DNA of 64,000 nucleotides from the human T2T-CHM13v2.0 reference genome, Homo sapiens: NCBI GenBank assembly GCA_009914755.4, contig CP068257.2, positions 15,232,001 to 15,296,000 of the forward strand, read 5' to 3'. Shown piece by piece: positions 12,641 to 24,970 of this stretch (position 1 is its first letter; each line of letters starts with the position of its first letter). The notes under the pieces were generated by a model. It saw only the letters and a program-made list of their open reading frames with translations, ran no database searches and was not told where the DNA came from. The position numbers and the translations under genes were made by a program.

Positions 12641-14199
12641 TTAATTGGTATTTTTAATTGAAATATTGATGGTATTGTTTATAATGTTCAAAATTCTGAT
12701 GGTCATCTGGAGGAAGTCTTTTTCCTTTTTATCATATATGTAAAACCCTTGTTTCAGCAAAATAAATTTGTACAAACTGGAATAAAACACTTTTATAATT
12801 TCCTCTAACTCACCATTCAGAATTCAAGAAAGGTGTTCTATGAGAAATATTAAAAAATTATAACCCTATGAAGCAAAGATGGATAATTATGTAGAATATT
12901 AATGCTTATTGATGGTTTTGTCTGGAAAACTGTTCAAAATGTATTCAAAAATGCTCAAACTGGCATTAAAACCTATATTAACAGATGTACTCTATATTTA
13001 TGAAATTTTTTCTCATACTTCCTACCAGGATAAAATCAGATAAAATATGTAAGAAATATTACATTTAAAGGCAAATCTTATTTAATTAACTAAGACAAGT
13101 CCACAGTTAAATAAAAAGGACAGTGTGTAAATAATGCCTACAAAATCATTTCAAGACATTTCTCTCCACCTACTCTGTAGCTCATTGAGCTTATCCTTAC
13201 ATGTAATCAAGACATCACTTTCTAGAAAATCAGAAACATTGGTAAACTTAGGGATCTCAAATTTGGATTTGAGGGGAATTTTCCTATAGTTAAAAGCACT
13301 GAGGGTAAAACACAAAAGAGGCAAATTGAATGGTTCTTGGTTCTACTCTTTGGAATACAGGAACTGGTGAAAACAATAAAGGTATTTATGATATAATAAA
13401 TGTGACTTGAAAAATGTCACCAGGGGATCTGCAAAGCTAATAAATAAAAGTAAATTCCCTAATCTTAATATTGTATGATTCTAGCTATGTTAAATATTGT
13501 AACAAGAATGTCTTTGAATATTTATCAAACTGCAAAGCAAGAAAACAGTTCTGAAGGAGAAATACATAAATTAATACTACTGAATCAAAATATTGGAAAG
13601 CAAATTTGTGGTCAAATTTGTGCCTTAGGGAGGACTAGGACTACAACTAGGGTCTGACTTCACTCTTTCTGACTTACTTTTTTTTTTTTATTAAATCTTT
13701 TCTAAGACATGGTTTATGATTTAGAGATGGGCCCTGAAAAGCAGAAGCTTTCTCTTATCAGGCATTTCTACAAAGGTAATGAAAAGCAACAGAGTCCTTA
13801 TGAAATCCCTGTTTCCTGAAACAAGCTCTAAATGAGAGAGGGTGTTTTGCTACACAAACCCCGGGAAATTCTGGTTTTGTTTTATTGAAGAAACCAACCC
13901 AAATATTATGATATCAAAATGTTTCATGGTCAAATAATAATTTGAACTATAAATGCTCTGATTTTTCTCTGATTATTCTGTTAGCCTACTTGAAAGCTAA
14001 ATGCCCTTGCATAATATCCTTATGAAAACCTTTACTCAGCAACCAAAATTACCTATTTGGATTTCTTATTTTTAATATGTAAAAATGATTTGTTGTTTGT
14101 CATTAGAGTTATTTGTATGCATACATAAAAATATGGGTACAATTTCTGACTATATGGAAATCAACATATTCCTACACTCATGCCATGTCTTCTATGAGG

Positions 14200-14705
14200 G
14201 CTCCTACTGTGCTGATTTTACCACCTATTGTAGGCAGACTAATGCCCTTTCCACCCAAAGATGCCCATGTCCTAATCTCCAACTGGTGAATACGTTAGGT
14301 TATATGGCAAAGGGAAATTCAGGTTGTCAATGAAATTGAGGTTGCTAATCAAGTGACCTTAAAATGAGGAAATTTTCTTACTGGGTGGGGCCAATCTAAT
14401 AACAGGTGGGGGATAAGTCAAATTCAGAGAGCTATTTGAACATGCTATGCTGCTGGCATTGAAGGTGGTGGAAGAAGCCATAAGCCAGGGAATGTAGGTG
14501 GTCACTAGAAGCTGGGAAAAGCAAGGAAATAGATTATCTCCAAGAGACTTCAGAAAGGAATACAACCCTGATGATGCCTTGATTTAGCCCAAGGGGACCA
14601 GTTTCAGACTTCTGAAGTCAAGAACTGCATGATAATAAAACATGTGTTGTTTTAAGCCACTAAAGTTGTGGTTATTTATTATAACAGGTATAGCAAATTA
14701 ATACA
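14200..14705 (+). repeat. MaLR-type LTR (MLT1-like) fossil
   Basis: Landmarks of an MLT1/MaLR consensus: tgtaggcagactaatgccctttccacccaaagatgcccatgtcctaatctccaactggtgaatacgttaggttatatggcaaaggg…gggtggggccaatctaataacaggtggg…tctgaagtcaagaactgcatgataataaaacatgtgttgttttaagccactaaagttgtggttatttattataacag. Confidence 0.5.
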
Positions 14706-15027
14706 CTTCAGTATTTCTGATACTCATTAGGATAATAGTCCAAATCCCTCCCATGTCCTAAGAGGCATTGCATAAACAAGTCCCTTCTTCCCCTCTCATG
14801 GCATCTTGCCACATTCCTCTCTTTGTTACTGTGCTCAAGCAATGCTAACATTCTCTCATTTCCTTGAATGTGCCAAATTCTTCTACCAGAGGATGTTTGC
14901 CCTTGCCATTCCTTTGTCTAGATTGTTTCTCCTCCTACTCTTTGCTAGACTGGCTCTTTCTCATTCTTCAAGTTGTGGGTGTATGTTATCTTTACAGTAA
15001 GGCATCTGTGACCACTCTTAAAATATC

Positions 15028-15053
15028 TCACACACACACACGCACACATACAG
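15028..15053. repeat. (CA)n microsatellite
   Basis: tcacacacacacacgcacacataca, lying about 20 bp upstream of the HERV-H provirus 1 5' LTR. Confidence 0.9.
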
Positions 15054-15073
15054 AGCTTTTCTAGTATTCTTAT

Positions 15074-15477
15074 TGTCAGGCCTCTGAGCCCAAGCTAAGC
15101 CATCATATCCCCTGTGACCTGCAGGTACACATCCAGGTGGCTGGTTCCTGCCTTAACTGATGACATTCCACCACCAAAGAAGTGAAAATGGCCTGTTCCT
15201 GCCTTAACTGATGACATTGTCTTGTGAAATTCCTTCTCCTGGCTCATCCTGGCTCAAAAACTCCCCCACTGAGTACCTTGTGACACCCAGTCCTGCCCAC
15301 CAGAGAACAACTCCCCTTTTTCCTTTACCTACCCAAATCCTATAAAAGGGCCCCACCCCTATCTTCCTTTGCTGACTCTCTTTTCAGACTCAGCCCACCT
15401 GCACCCAGGTGAAATAAACAGCTTTATTGCTCACACAAAGCCTGTTTGGTGGTCTCTTCACATGGACGGGCATGAAA
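15074..15477 (+). promoter_or_regulatory. HERV-H 5' LTR (LTR7-type, U3-R-U5) of provirus 1
   Basis: U3 has a tandem internal repeat ggttcctgccttaactgatgacatt twice. TATA-like tataaaagggccccacccc. AATAAA inside gtgaaataaacagctttattgctcacacaaagcc (R/U5 poly(A) signal). Confidence 0.9.
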
Positions 15478-15497
15478 TTTGTTGCCGTGACTCAGAT
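15478..15497 (+). promoter_or_regulatory. Degenerate tRNA-His primer-binding site of provirus 1
   Basis: tttgttgccgtgactcagat against canonical TTTGGTGCCGTGACTCGGAT (two mismatches). Confidence 0.8.
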
Positions 15498-15899
15498 TGG
15501 GGGACCTCCCTTCGGAGATCGATCCCCTGTCCTCCTGCTCTTTGCTCCGTGAGAAAGGTCCACCTACAACCTCAGGTCCTCAGACCGATCAGCCCAAGAA
15601 ACATCTCACCAATTTCAAATCCAGTAAGCGGCCTCTTTTAACTCTCTTCTCCAACCTCTCTCACTGTCCCTCAACCTCTTTCTCCTTTCAATCTTGGCGC
15701 CACACTTCAATTTCTCCCTTCTCTTAATTTTAATTCCTTTCATTTTCTGGTAGAGACAAAGGAGACACGTTTTATCCGTGGACCCAAAACTCCGGTGCTG
15801 GTCACAGACTAGGGATGGCAGCCTTCCCTTTGTGTTTAATCATTGCAGGGATGCCTCTCTGATTATTCACCCAGGTTTCAGAGGTGTCAGACCACGCAG

Positions 15900-16240
15900 G
15901 GATGCCTGCCTTGGTCCTTCACCCTTAGTGGCAAGTCCTGTTTTTCTGGGGGAGGGGCAAGTACCCCAACCCCTTCTCTCCGTGTCTCTACCCCTTCTCC
16001 ACTTTTCTGGGGGAGGGGCAAGAACCCCTCAACCCCTTCTCCTTCACCCTTAGCAGCAAGTTCCATTTATCTAGGGGGCAAGAAACCCCAATCCCTTATT
16101 TCCATGCCCCGACCTCTTATCTCTGCACCCCAATCCTTATTTCTGTGCCCCAAAGTCTTATCTCTGCACCCCAACCCCTTATTTCCACACCCCAACCCCT
16201 TTCCCACTTTTCTGGAGGGTAAGAACCCCTGAACCCCTTC
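15900..16240 (+). repeat. Internal minisatellite-like tandem array in the HERV-H leader, provirus 1 copy
   Basis: Units of about 21-22 nt (ccccaaccccttatttc / ccccgacctcttatctctgcac) plus a roughly 130-bp duplicated block (…ttttctgggggaggggcaag(t/a)acccc…cacccttag(t/c)(g/a)gcaagt…) that is absent from provirus 2. Confidence 0.8.
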
Positions 16241-17190
16241 CCTCCATGTCTCTACTCTCTCTTTTCTCTGGGCTTGCTTCCGTCACTATAGGCAACCTTC
16301 CACCCTCCATTCCTGCTTCTTCTCTCTTAGCCAGTGTTCTCAAGAACTTAAAACCTCTTCAACTCACACCTGACCTAAAACCTAAATGCCTTATTTTCTT
16401 CTACAATGCCACTTGACCCCAATACAAACTTGACAGTGGTTCCAAATAGCCAGAAAATGGCATTTCCATTTTTTCCATCCTACAAGATCTAAATAATTCT
16501 TGTTGTAAAATAGCCAAATAGTCTGAGGTGCCTGACGTCCAGGCATTCTTTTACACATCAGTCCCTCCCTAGTCTCTGTTCCCAATGCAACTCATCCCAA
16601 ATCTTCCTTCTTTCCCTTCCACCTGTCCCCTCAGTCCCAACCCCAAGTGTTGCTGAGTCTTTCTAATCTTCCTTTTCTACAGACCCATCTGATCTCTCCC
16701 CTTCTAGCCAGGCCAAGCTAGGTCCTAATTCTTCCTCAGCCTCCACTCCTCCACCCTATAATCCTTTTATCACCTCCCCTCCTCACACGCTGTCCAGGTT
16801 ACAGTTTCCTTCCGTGACTAGCCCTCCCCCACCTGCCCAGCAGTTTACTCTTAAAAAGGTGGCTGGAGCTAAAGGCATAGTCAAGGTTAATGCTCCTGTT
16901 TCTTTATCCCAAATCAGATAGCGTTTAGGCTCTTTTTCATCAAATATAAAAACCCAGCCCAGTTCATGGCTCATTTGGCAGCAACCCTGAGATGCTTTAC
17001 AGCCCTAGACCCTAAAAAGTCAAGAGGCCGTCTTATTCTTAATACACATTTTATTACCCAATCTGCTCCTGACATTAAATAAAACTCCAAAAATTAAATT
17101 CCGGCCCTCAAACCCCACAACAGGACTTAATTAACCTTGCCCTCAAGGTGTGCAATAATAGAGGCAGCCAAGTAGCAACATATTTCTGAG

Positions 17191-17502
17191 TTGCAATTCC
17201 TTGCCTCCACTGTGAGACAAACCCCAGCCACATCTCCAGCACGCAAGAACTTCCAAATGCCTAAACCACAGTGGCCAGGCATTCCTCCAGAACTGCCTCC
17301 CCCAGGAGCTTGCTACAAGTGCCAGAAATCTGGCCACCAGGCCAAGGAATGCCTGCAGCCTGGGATTCCTCCTAAGCCATGTCCCATCTGTGTGGGATCC
17401 CACTGGAAATCAGACTGTTCAACTCACCTGGTAGCCACTCCCAGGGCCCCTGGAACTCTGGCCCAAGGCTCTCTGACTCCTTCCCAGATCTTCTCGGCTT
17501 AG
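17191..17502 (+). pseudogene. HERV-H gag nucleocapsid remnant (two CCHC zinc knuckles)
   Basis: The ORF encodes …GACYKCQKSGHQAKECLQPGIPPKPCPICVGSHWKSDC…, containing CX2CX4HX4C and CX2CX3-4HX4C motifs. Confidence 0.8.
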
Positions 17503-17582
17503 CGGCTGAAGACTAACACTGCCTGATTACCTCGGAAGCCCTGTAGACCATCACGGACACCGAGCTTTAAGTAACTCTCACA

Positions 17583-17807
17583 GTGGAGGGTAAGTCCGTC
17601 CCCTTCTTAATCAATACAGAGGCTACCCACTCCACATTACCTTCTTTTCAAGGGCCTGTTTCCCTTGCCTCCATAACTGACAGCCAGGCTTCTAAACCTC
17701 TTAAAACTCCCCAAACTGGTGCCAACTTAGACAATACTCTTTTAAGCACTCCTTTTAGTTATCCCCACCTGCCCAGTTCCTTTATTAGGCCGAGACACTT
17801 TAACTAA
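17583..17807 (+). pseudogene. HERV-H protease remnant (active site mutated)
   Basis: …VEGKSVPFLINTEATHSTLP… sits where retroviral proteases have L(I/V)DTGA(T/D). The DTG is replaced by NTE in both proviruses. Confidence 0.6.
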
Positions 17808-18189
17808 ATTATCTGCTTCCCTAACTATTCCTGGACTACAGCTATATCTCATTGCTGCCCTTCTTCCCAATCCAAAGCCTCCTTTGCATCCTCCTCTTGT
17901 ATTACCCCACCTTAACCCACAAGTATAAGATACCTCTACTCCCTCCTTGGCGACCAATCATGCACCCCTTACCATCTCTTTAAAACCTAATCACTCTTAC
18001 CCTGCTCAATGCCAATATCCCATCCCACAGCATGCTTAGAAAGGATTAAAGCCTGTTATCACTCACCTGCCACACCATGGCCTTTTAAAGCCTGTAAACT
18101 CTCCTTACAATTCCCCCATTTTTCCTGTCCTAAAACCAGAAAAGCCTTACAGGTTAGTTCAAGACCTGCACCTTATCAACCAAATAGTT

Positions 18190-19197
18190 TTGCCTATCCG
18201 CCCCATGGTGCCAAACCCATATACTCTCCTATCCTCAATACCTCCCTCCACAATCCATTATTCTGTTCTGGATCTCAAACATGCTTTCTTTACTATTCCT
18301 TTGCACCCTTCATCCCAGCCTCTCTTTGCTTTCACCTGGACTCACCCTGACACCCATCAGTCCCAGCAGCTTACCTGGGCTGTGCTGCCACAAGGTTTCA
18401 AGGACGGCCCTCATTACTTCAGCCAAGCTCTTTCTCATGATTTACTTTCTTTCTACCCCTCCGCTTCTCACTTTATTCAATATATTGATGACCTTCTTCT
18501 TTGTAGCCCCTCCTTTGAATCTTCTCCACAAGACACACTTCTGCCCCTTCAGCATTTATTCTCCAAAGGATATCAGGTATCCCCCTCCAGAGCTCAAATT
18601 TCTTCTCCAACTGTTACCTACCTCAGCATAATTCTTCATAAAAATACACGTGCTCTCCCTGCCGATAGTGTCTGGCTAATCTCCCAAAGCCCAATCCCTT
18701 CTACAAAACAACAACTCCTTTCCTTCCTAGGCATGGTTGGATACTTTCACCTGTGGATACCTGGTTTTGCCATCCTGACAAAATCATTATATAAATTCAC
18801 AAAAGGAAACCTAGCTGACCCCATAGATCCTAAATCCTTTCCCCCGTTCTCTTTCCATTCCTTGAAGACAGCTTTAGAGACTGCCCCCACTCTAGCTCTC
18901 CCTAACTCATGCCAATCGTTTTCATTACACACAGCCGAAGTGCAGGGCTGTGCAGTCAGAATTCTTACACAAGGACCGGGATCGCATCCTGTAGCCTTTT
19001 TGTCCAAACAACTTGACCTTACTGTTTTAGGTTGGTCATCATGTCTCCGTGCAGCAGCTGCTGCCGCCCTAATACTTTTAGAGGCCCTTAAAATCACAAA
19101 CTGTGCTCAACTCACTCTCTACAGCTCTCATAATTTCCAAAATCCATTTTCTTCCAAACACCTGACACATATACTTTCTGCTCCCTGGCTCCTTTAG
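18190..19197 (+). pseudogene. HERV-H pol reverse-transcriptase remnant; longest ORF in the window (335 aa) and retains a YIDD (YXDD) motif
   Basis: …VLDLKHAFFTIPLHPSSQPLFAFTW…LPQGFKDGPHYFSQAL…IQYIDDLLLCSP… It has no Met-initiated context within pol and is embedded in a deleted RTVL-H provirus that lacks IN/env. Confidence 0.8.
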
Positions 19198-20685
19198 CTG
19201 TACTCACTCTTTGTTGAGTCTCCCACAATTACCATTGTTCCTGGCCCAACTTCAATCCGGCCTCCCACATTATTCCTGATACCACACCTGACCCTCATGA
19301 CTGCATCTCTCTGATCCACCTGACATTCACCCCATTTCCCCACATTTCCTTCTTCCCTGTTTCTCACCCTGATCACACTTGGTTTATTGATGGTAGTTCC
19401 ACCAGGCCTAATCACCACACACCAGCAAAGGCAGGCTATGCTATAGTACAAGCCACTAGCCCGCGTCTTAAAACCTCTCATTTCCTTTCCATCATAGAAA
19501 TCTGTCCTCAAGTAAATAACTTCTCAGTGTTCCATCTGCTATTCTACTACCCCTCAGGGATTATTCAGGCCCCCTCCCTTCCCTACACATCAAGCTCAGG
19601 GATTTGACCCCACCCAGGACTGGCAAATTAGCTTTACTCAACATGCCCCGAGTCACAAAAACTAAAACACCTCTTAGTCTAAGCAGACACTTTCACTAGA
19701 TAGGTAGAAGCCTTTCCTACAGGGTCTGAGAAGGCCACTGCAGTCATTTCTTCCCTTCTGTCAGACATAATTCCTCAGTTTAGCCTTCCCACCGCTATAC
19801 AGTCTGATAACTGACCAGCCTTTATTAGTCAATCAGCCAAGCAGTTTTTCAGGCTCTTAGTATTCAGTGAAATCTTTATATTCCTTACAGTCCTCAGTCC
19901 TCAGGAAAAGTAGAACAGACTAAAGGTCTTTTAAAAACACACCTCACCAAGCTCAGCCACCAACTTAAAAAAGAACAGACAATACTTTTACCACTTTCCC
20001 TTCTCAGAATTCAGGTGTGTCCTCAGAATGCTACAAAGTACAGCCCATTTAAGCTCCTGTATAGATGCACCTTTTTATTAGGCCCCCGTCTCATTCCAGA
20101 CACCAGACCAACTTGGATTGTGCCCCAAAAAACTTGTCATCACTACTGTCTTCTGTCTAGTCATACTCCTATTCACCGTTCTCAACTACTCATACATGCC
20201 CTGCTCTTGTTTACACTGCCAGTTTACACTGTTTCTCCAAGCCATCACAGCTGATATCTCCTGGTGCTATCCCCAAACCGCCACTCTAACTCTTAAAGTA
20301 AATAAATAATCTTTGCTGGCAGGGCTATGCTGAACCTCCTTAGGCACTCTCTAATTAGATGTCCTGGATCCTCCCAATTCTTATTCCTTTAGTACCTGTT
20401 TTTCTCCTTATCTTATTCCGTTTAGTTTTTCAATTCATACAAAACCATATCCAGGCCATCACCAATAATTCTAAATGACAAATGTTTCTTCTAACAACCC
20501 CACAATATCACCCCTTACCACAAATCTTCCTTCAGTTTAATCTCTCCCACTCTAGGTTCCCACGCTGCCCCAATCCCGCTCGAAGCAGCCCTGAGAAACA
20601 TCGCCCATTATCTCTCCATACCATTCCCCAAAATTTTCGCCGTCCCAACATTTTACCACTATTTCATTTTATTTTTCTTATTAAC

Positions 20686-20700
20686 ATAAGAAGACAGGAA
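20686..20700 (+). promoter_or_regulatory. Polypurine tract of provirus 1
   Basis: ataagaagacaggaa immediately 5' of the 3' LTR TGTCAGG. Confidence 0.75.
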
Positions 20701-21106
20701 TGTCAGGCCTCTGAGCCCAAGCTAAGCCCTCATATCCCTTGTGACCTGCACGTACACATCCAGGTGGCCGGTTCCTGCCTTAACTGCTGACATTCGACCA
20801 CAAAAGAAGTGAAAATGGCCTGTTCCTGCCTTAACTGATGGCATTATCTTGTGAAATTCCTTTTCCTCGCTCATCCTGGCTCAAAAGCTCCCCCACTGAG
20901 TACCTTGTGACCCCCCCACTCCTGCCCGCCAGAGAAGAACCCCCCTTTTTCCTTTACCTATCCAAATCTTATAAAACAGCCCCACCCCTATCTCCCTTCA
21001 CTGACTCTCTTTTCGGACTCAGCCCACCTGCACCCAGGTGAAATAAACAGCTTTATTGCTCACACAAAGCCGGTTTGGTAGTCTCTTCACACGGATGCGC
21101 ATGAAA
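20701..21106 (+). repeat. HERV-H 3' LTR (LTR7-type) of provirus 1
   Basis: TGTCAGGCCTCTGAGCCCAAGCTAAGCCCTCATATCCC…CACGGATGCGCATGAAA, followed by the CTTAT target-site duplication. Confidence 0.9.
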
Positions 21107-21340
21107 CTTATTCGTTTTTTCTGCTTCTATTACTATTTGATACTCTCTTATTCAGCTGTTTACCTTTGTTTCTCACCCCTGCTTGAATGTAAGCTCCACA
21201 AAATTGGAAACAAACTTGTTTTCTGTTGAGTGCCCAGAATATAAACTGGACTCTTATACACATGAAAAGCTCCATAGTTATTGAAGGAAATAAGCAGAGT
21301 GCTTCAACAATACCAAATGACTTGTGGCTATCAAAATGTT

Positions 21341-21811
21341 GTATTAGTCCACTCTCACATTGCTATAAAGAACTGCCCGAGACTGGGTAATTTATAAAGA
21401 CAAGAAGTTTAATTGACTTACAGTTCCACATGGCTGGGGAGGCCTCAGGAAACTTACAATCATGGCAGAAGGGGAAGAAGGTACACCTTACATGGTGGCG
21501 GGTGAGAGAGAGCAAGCAAAGGGGGAAGACCCCTGTATAAAACCATCAGATCTTGTGAGAACTCACTCATTATCATGAGAACAGCATGGGGGAAACTGTC
21601 CGCATGTTCCAATCACCTCCGACCAGGGCAAAGGGGGAAGACCCCTGTATAAAACCATCAGATCTTGTGAGAACTCATTCATTATCATGAGAACAGCATG
21701 GGGGAAACTGTATGCATGTTCCAATCACCTCTGACAAGGGCCCTTCCTAGACACCTGGTGATCACAATTTGAGAAGAGATTTGGGTGAGGACATAAAGCC
21801 AAACCATATCA
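21341..21811 (-). repeat. THE1/MST-type MaLR LTR (minus strand) containing a 114-bp internal tandem duplication at about 21513-21738
   Basis: tgtattagtccactctcacattgctataaagaactgcccgagactgggtaatttataaagacaag…gttccacatggctggggaggcctcaggaaacttacaatcatggcagaagg…ccaaaccatatca matches the reverse complement of a THE1-class consensus. The block gcaaagggggaagacccctgtataaaaccatcagatcttgtgagaactca(c/t)tcattatcatgagaacagcatgggggaaactgt…gcatgttccaatcacctc occurs twice in tandem. Confidence 0.7.
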
Positions 21812-24672
21812 GTGTTCATTCTTGCCTATATGCCTTGTGAACATAGTATTCACTCTGTTTTGTTCCCCTTGCCTGCTGAGACAATGCCAATGTGTTCTTT
21901 AATATTTAATTTTAATGTATCATCTCTCTGAAGATTTTGGTGACTGTCTTCATTTCTATTTCAGTATTCATTGCTATGTAAAAAACCATCCCCAATCATA
22001 GTGGCTTAAAACACTCATAGTTTATTATTTCTGAAATATCTCATCTTTATTAGGCTTAGCTTGGTAGTTCTCTGCTCTGTGTATGGTCATTCACTTAGCA
22101 GCATTGAGCTTGGAAGCTGGACTGGCTGATCTGAGGCTAAAAGGACAAATAAGACTTTACTAAATGGTTTAGTGTCACTCCATTTGGCTAGTGTGGGCTT
22201 CCTCCAAGCATCATGGTTTCAGACTAGTGTCCCTTCTTATATGGCAGCTAATTTCAAGAGAGAACATGAAATATACCAGGTTCTTAAAATCAAAACCCAG
22301 AATGGAACTGGCACAATGACATATCTGCCACATTCTATCGGCCAAAGAAAGCAACAAATACGCCTAGTTTCAAAAACAGGTGTGATCATTCATTTTGATT
22401 CGGCCACAGAGTGCCCAGATATTTTTTCAAACATTATTCTGGGTGTATCTGTGGTGTGTCTGGATGAGATTAACATTTGAATTGGAGTAAAGGAGATTAC
22501 ACTTTCTAATGTGGGTGGCCCTTATCCAATCAGTTCAAGGTCTGAATGCAATAAAAAGGCTGACCCTTCCTTGAATAAGAGAAAATTCCTCCTATCTGCC
22601 TATCTTTGAGCTGGCACTTCAACTGTTTTTCCTGCTTTTGGACTCAGATTGAAACATTAGCTCTTCTAGGACCTCAAACCTTCCAGCCTTTGTACAAGAA
22701 GTATAGGAACTATACCATTGGCTTCCCTGAGTCTCTATCTTGCTATTCATCACACATATCTTGGGACTTTACAGAGTATGTCATTGGAGAATACATAATT
22801 GCATGAGAATTGCACACACACGTACATATAACATATACATATATTTATAAAACATATACATGTAATAAGTCTACATAAAATGGTTTGCTCTTCCTTTGAA
22901 GAGCAACAGCATCCTGAGCTCTCCTGTTATGCCATTCACTACATACCTCTACAATTTGATGATTTATCTATCTTTTCTACTGGATTTTTAATACTTTAAG
23001 AGGGGAGATAACATTTCTCTCTACATGTCTAGCATTTGATCTCAATATAGTATTTAATGATACTTGGTGAATGAATGAATAATAAATGTACTCTATATTT
23101 ATAAATTTTTAATTCTTACTTTTATAAACTTTATAATTCCTTTTTAACTTCCATTTAGTTACTATATACTCCAAGAAATACACTGCACTATTTCTCTAAG
23201 ACACCATTTCTACCTTTAAGATCTTTAAATAATTCAGAACAATATAGAACCAATAATACACAATTGTTACTGTGCAGTATCTCTTCTCCATTTGAGCCAA
23301 AAGAAGATAACCTGGTTCTAACTAATAACATTATCCTATAAAACATTTTTTGAGATAAATTTTAAATTATAAAATTATTTTTATACTTAGAAAATTTTAA
23401 AAATCACACTAAAATAGCTATATTTTTTAAATCTATGAAAGAAGATCATACACTTTTCTAAAGATTTTGTGCTGAATTGATCCTTCTTTGTCTGAAAATA
23501 TTAGATATCCCAGTGTCAGAATTATCATGGGGTGTAAAGACTTCAGCACATATCTCTTATAAAGATTATGTCTGGGCTAATATCCCTCCTACCTCATTCT
23601 TTCCCCTCACACTGTGACCTCTGCATCTTTAACAAAGAAAAGACAATAAAAGACAATTTTAGAGCTTTGGAACGGCCTGAAGTTTGCTTTATCAAGGACA
23701 ATACTGGCAACTTTCCAGAAACCTGGAGGCCATGGCTCATCTGCAAATCATGTACATATATTTGCATGAATTTTATTTTGATTAGTAGCCTCAACCCATG
23801 ATGGTACTTAGGAAGAATGAAGCATTTTACATATATGAATAAATGAAGACAATTTAGTAGTCTTAATGCTCATGGCTGTATTTTCCCTATTTCTTAAGTC
23901 TAATTCTCCTCATCCATCCCCTTCTTGTTATTCCTTCTCTTTAAATTCATATGGGTGTTGCTTTTCTTTTTTGTTGTTGTTATTTTCTTTTTTTAGCATA
24001 CTGATTCTGTGTAGATGGTGGGAAGGAAGTTGCCCTGCTATTGTGTTTTATTGATCCATTTAACCTAGATCTATTATAAAATCATTATTACTTAGTGATT
24101 TTTGCAAAGTTTTTTTTTTTCATCTCAACTGAAATGAATTGGCATCTTTTTGGGCTGAGTCAGTGGAATACGTGAAGCTTGAAATCTGTGCAATTTTGTT
24201 TTGAAGAGGTTGTCTTTAAGGTGCTCCATAAACTAAAATATAATTTTAGGGACAAATATGTAAAAGCTGCATATAAATGTGCTAAAATAGGCAAAAAAGA
24301 ATTACTATTCTATTAACAGCTTTTAATTTTTATGAAACTTTGTATTGAAATAATAGAAAATTCTTGAGAGCATATGAGAAGTGATTAAATGGTGGTTAAT
24401 AACTAGTTTAATGACCAGTGATGTAAGTCTGTAAACTTTACCAAAAAATCCTTATGCACTTAATGTAGTCAATGACTGATAAAGAAAATGATTTTTCTCT
24501 GTGTATTCAATGTAGATTTTTCCCAGAGAATGAAAGGCAATCAATTCTAGATTTGGGGAAACAAAATTTTTTCTTCCTTACCTTGCTAATTCATTTTGTG
24601 TTCTTTCCTCTTTTCTGTTCTTTTCTCTCTTATTTTGTTCTTTTACAGTCTGACACACTTAATTTCTTTCTA

Positions 24673-24970
<298 letters not shown>

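Larger units (their letters stand above)
15074..21106 (+). mobile_element. HERV-H provirus 1 (RTVL-H-type deleted form, 6033 bp): LTR7 - PBS(His) - gag/pro/pol remnants - PPT - LTR7, with 5-bp target-site duplication CTTAT
   Basis: Both LTRs begin TGTCAGGCCTCTGAGCCCAAGCTAAGCC and end …CTCTTCACA(T/C)GGA(C/T)G(G/C)GCATGAAA. CTTAT occurs at 15069-15073 and again at 21107-21111. Internal retroviral landmarks are listed in the following entries. Confidence 0.93.

Noticed and set aside
15843-16232. A 129-aa proline/serine-rich ORF in the provirus 1 leader
   Set aside because: It overlaps the tandem repeat array. Its length comes from repeat periodicity, and there is no gag-like sequence or start context.
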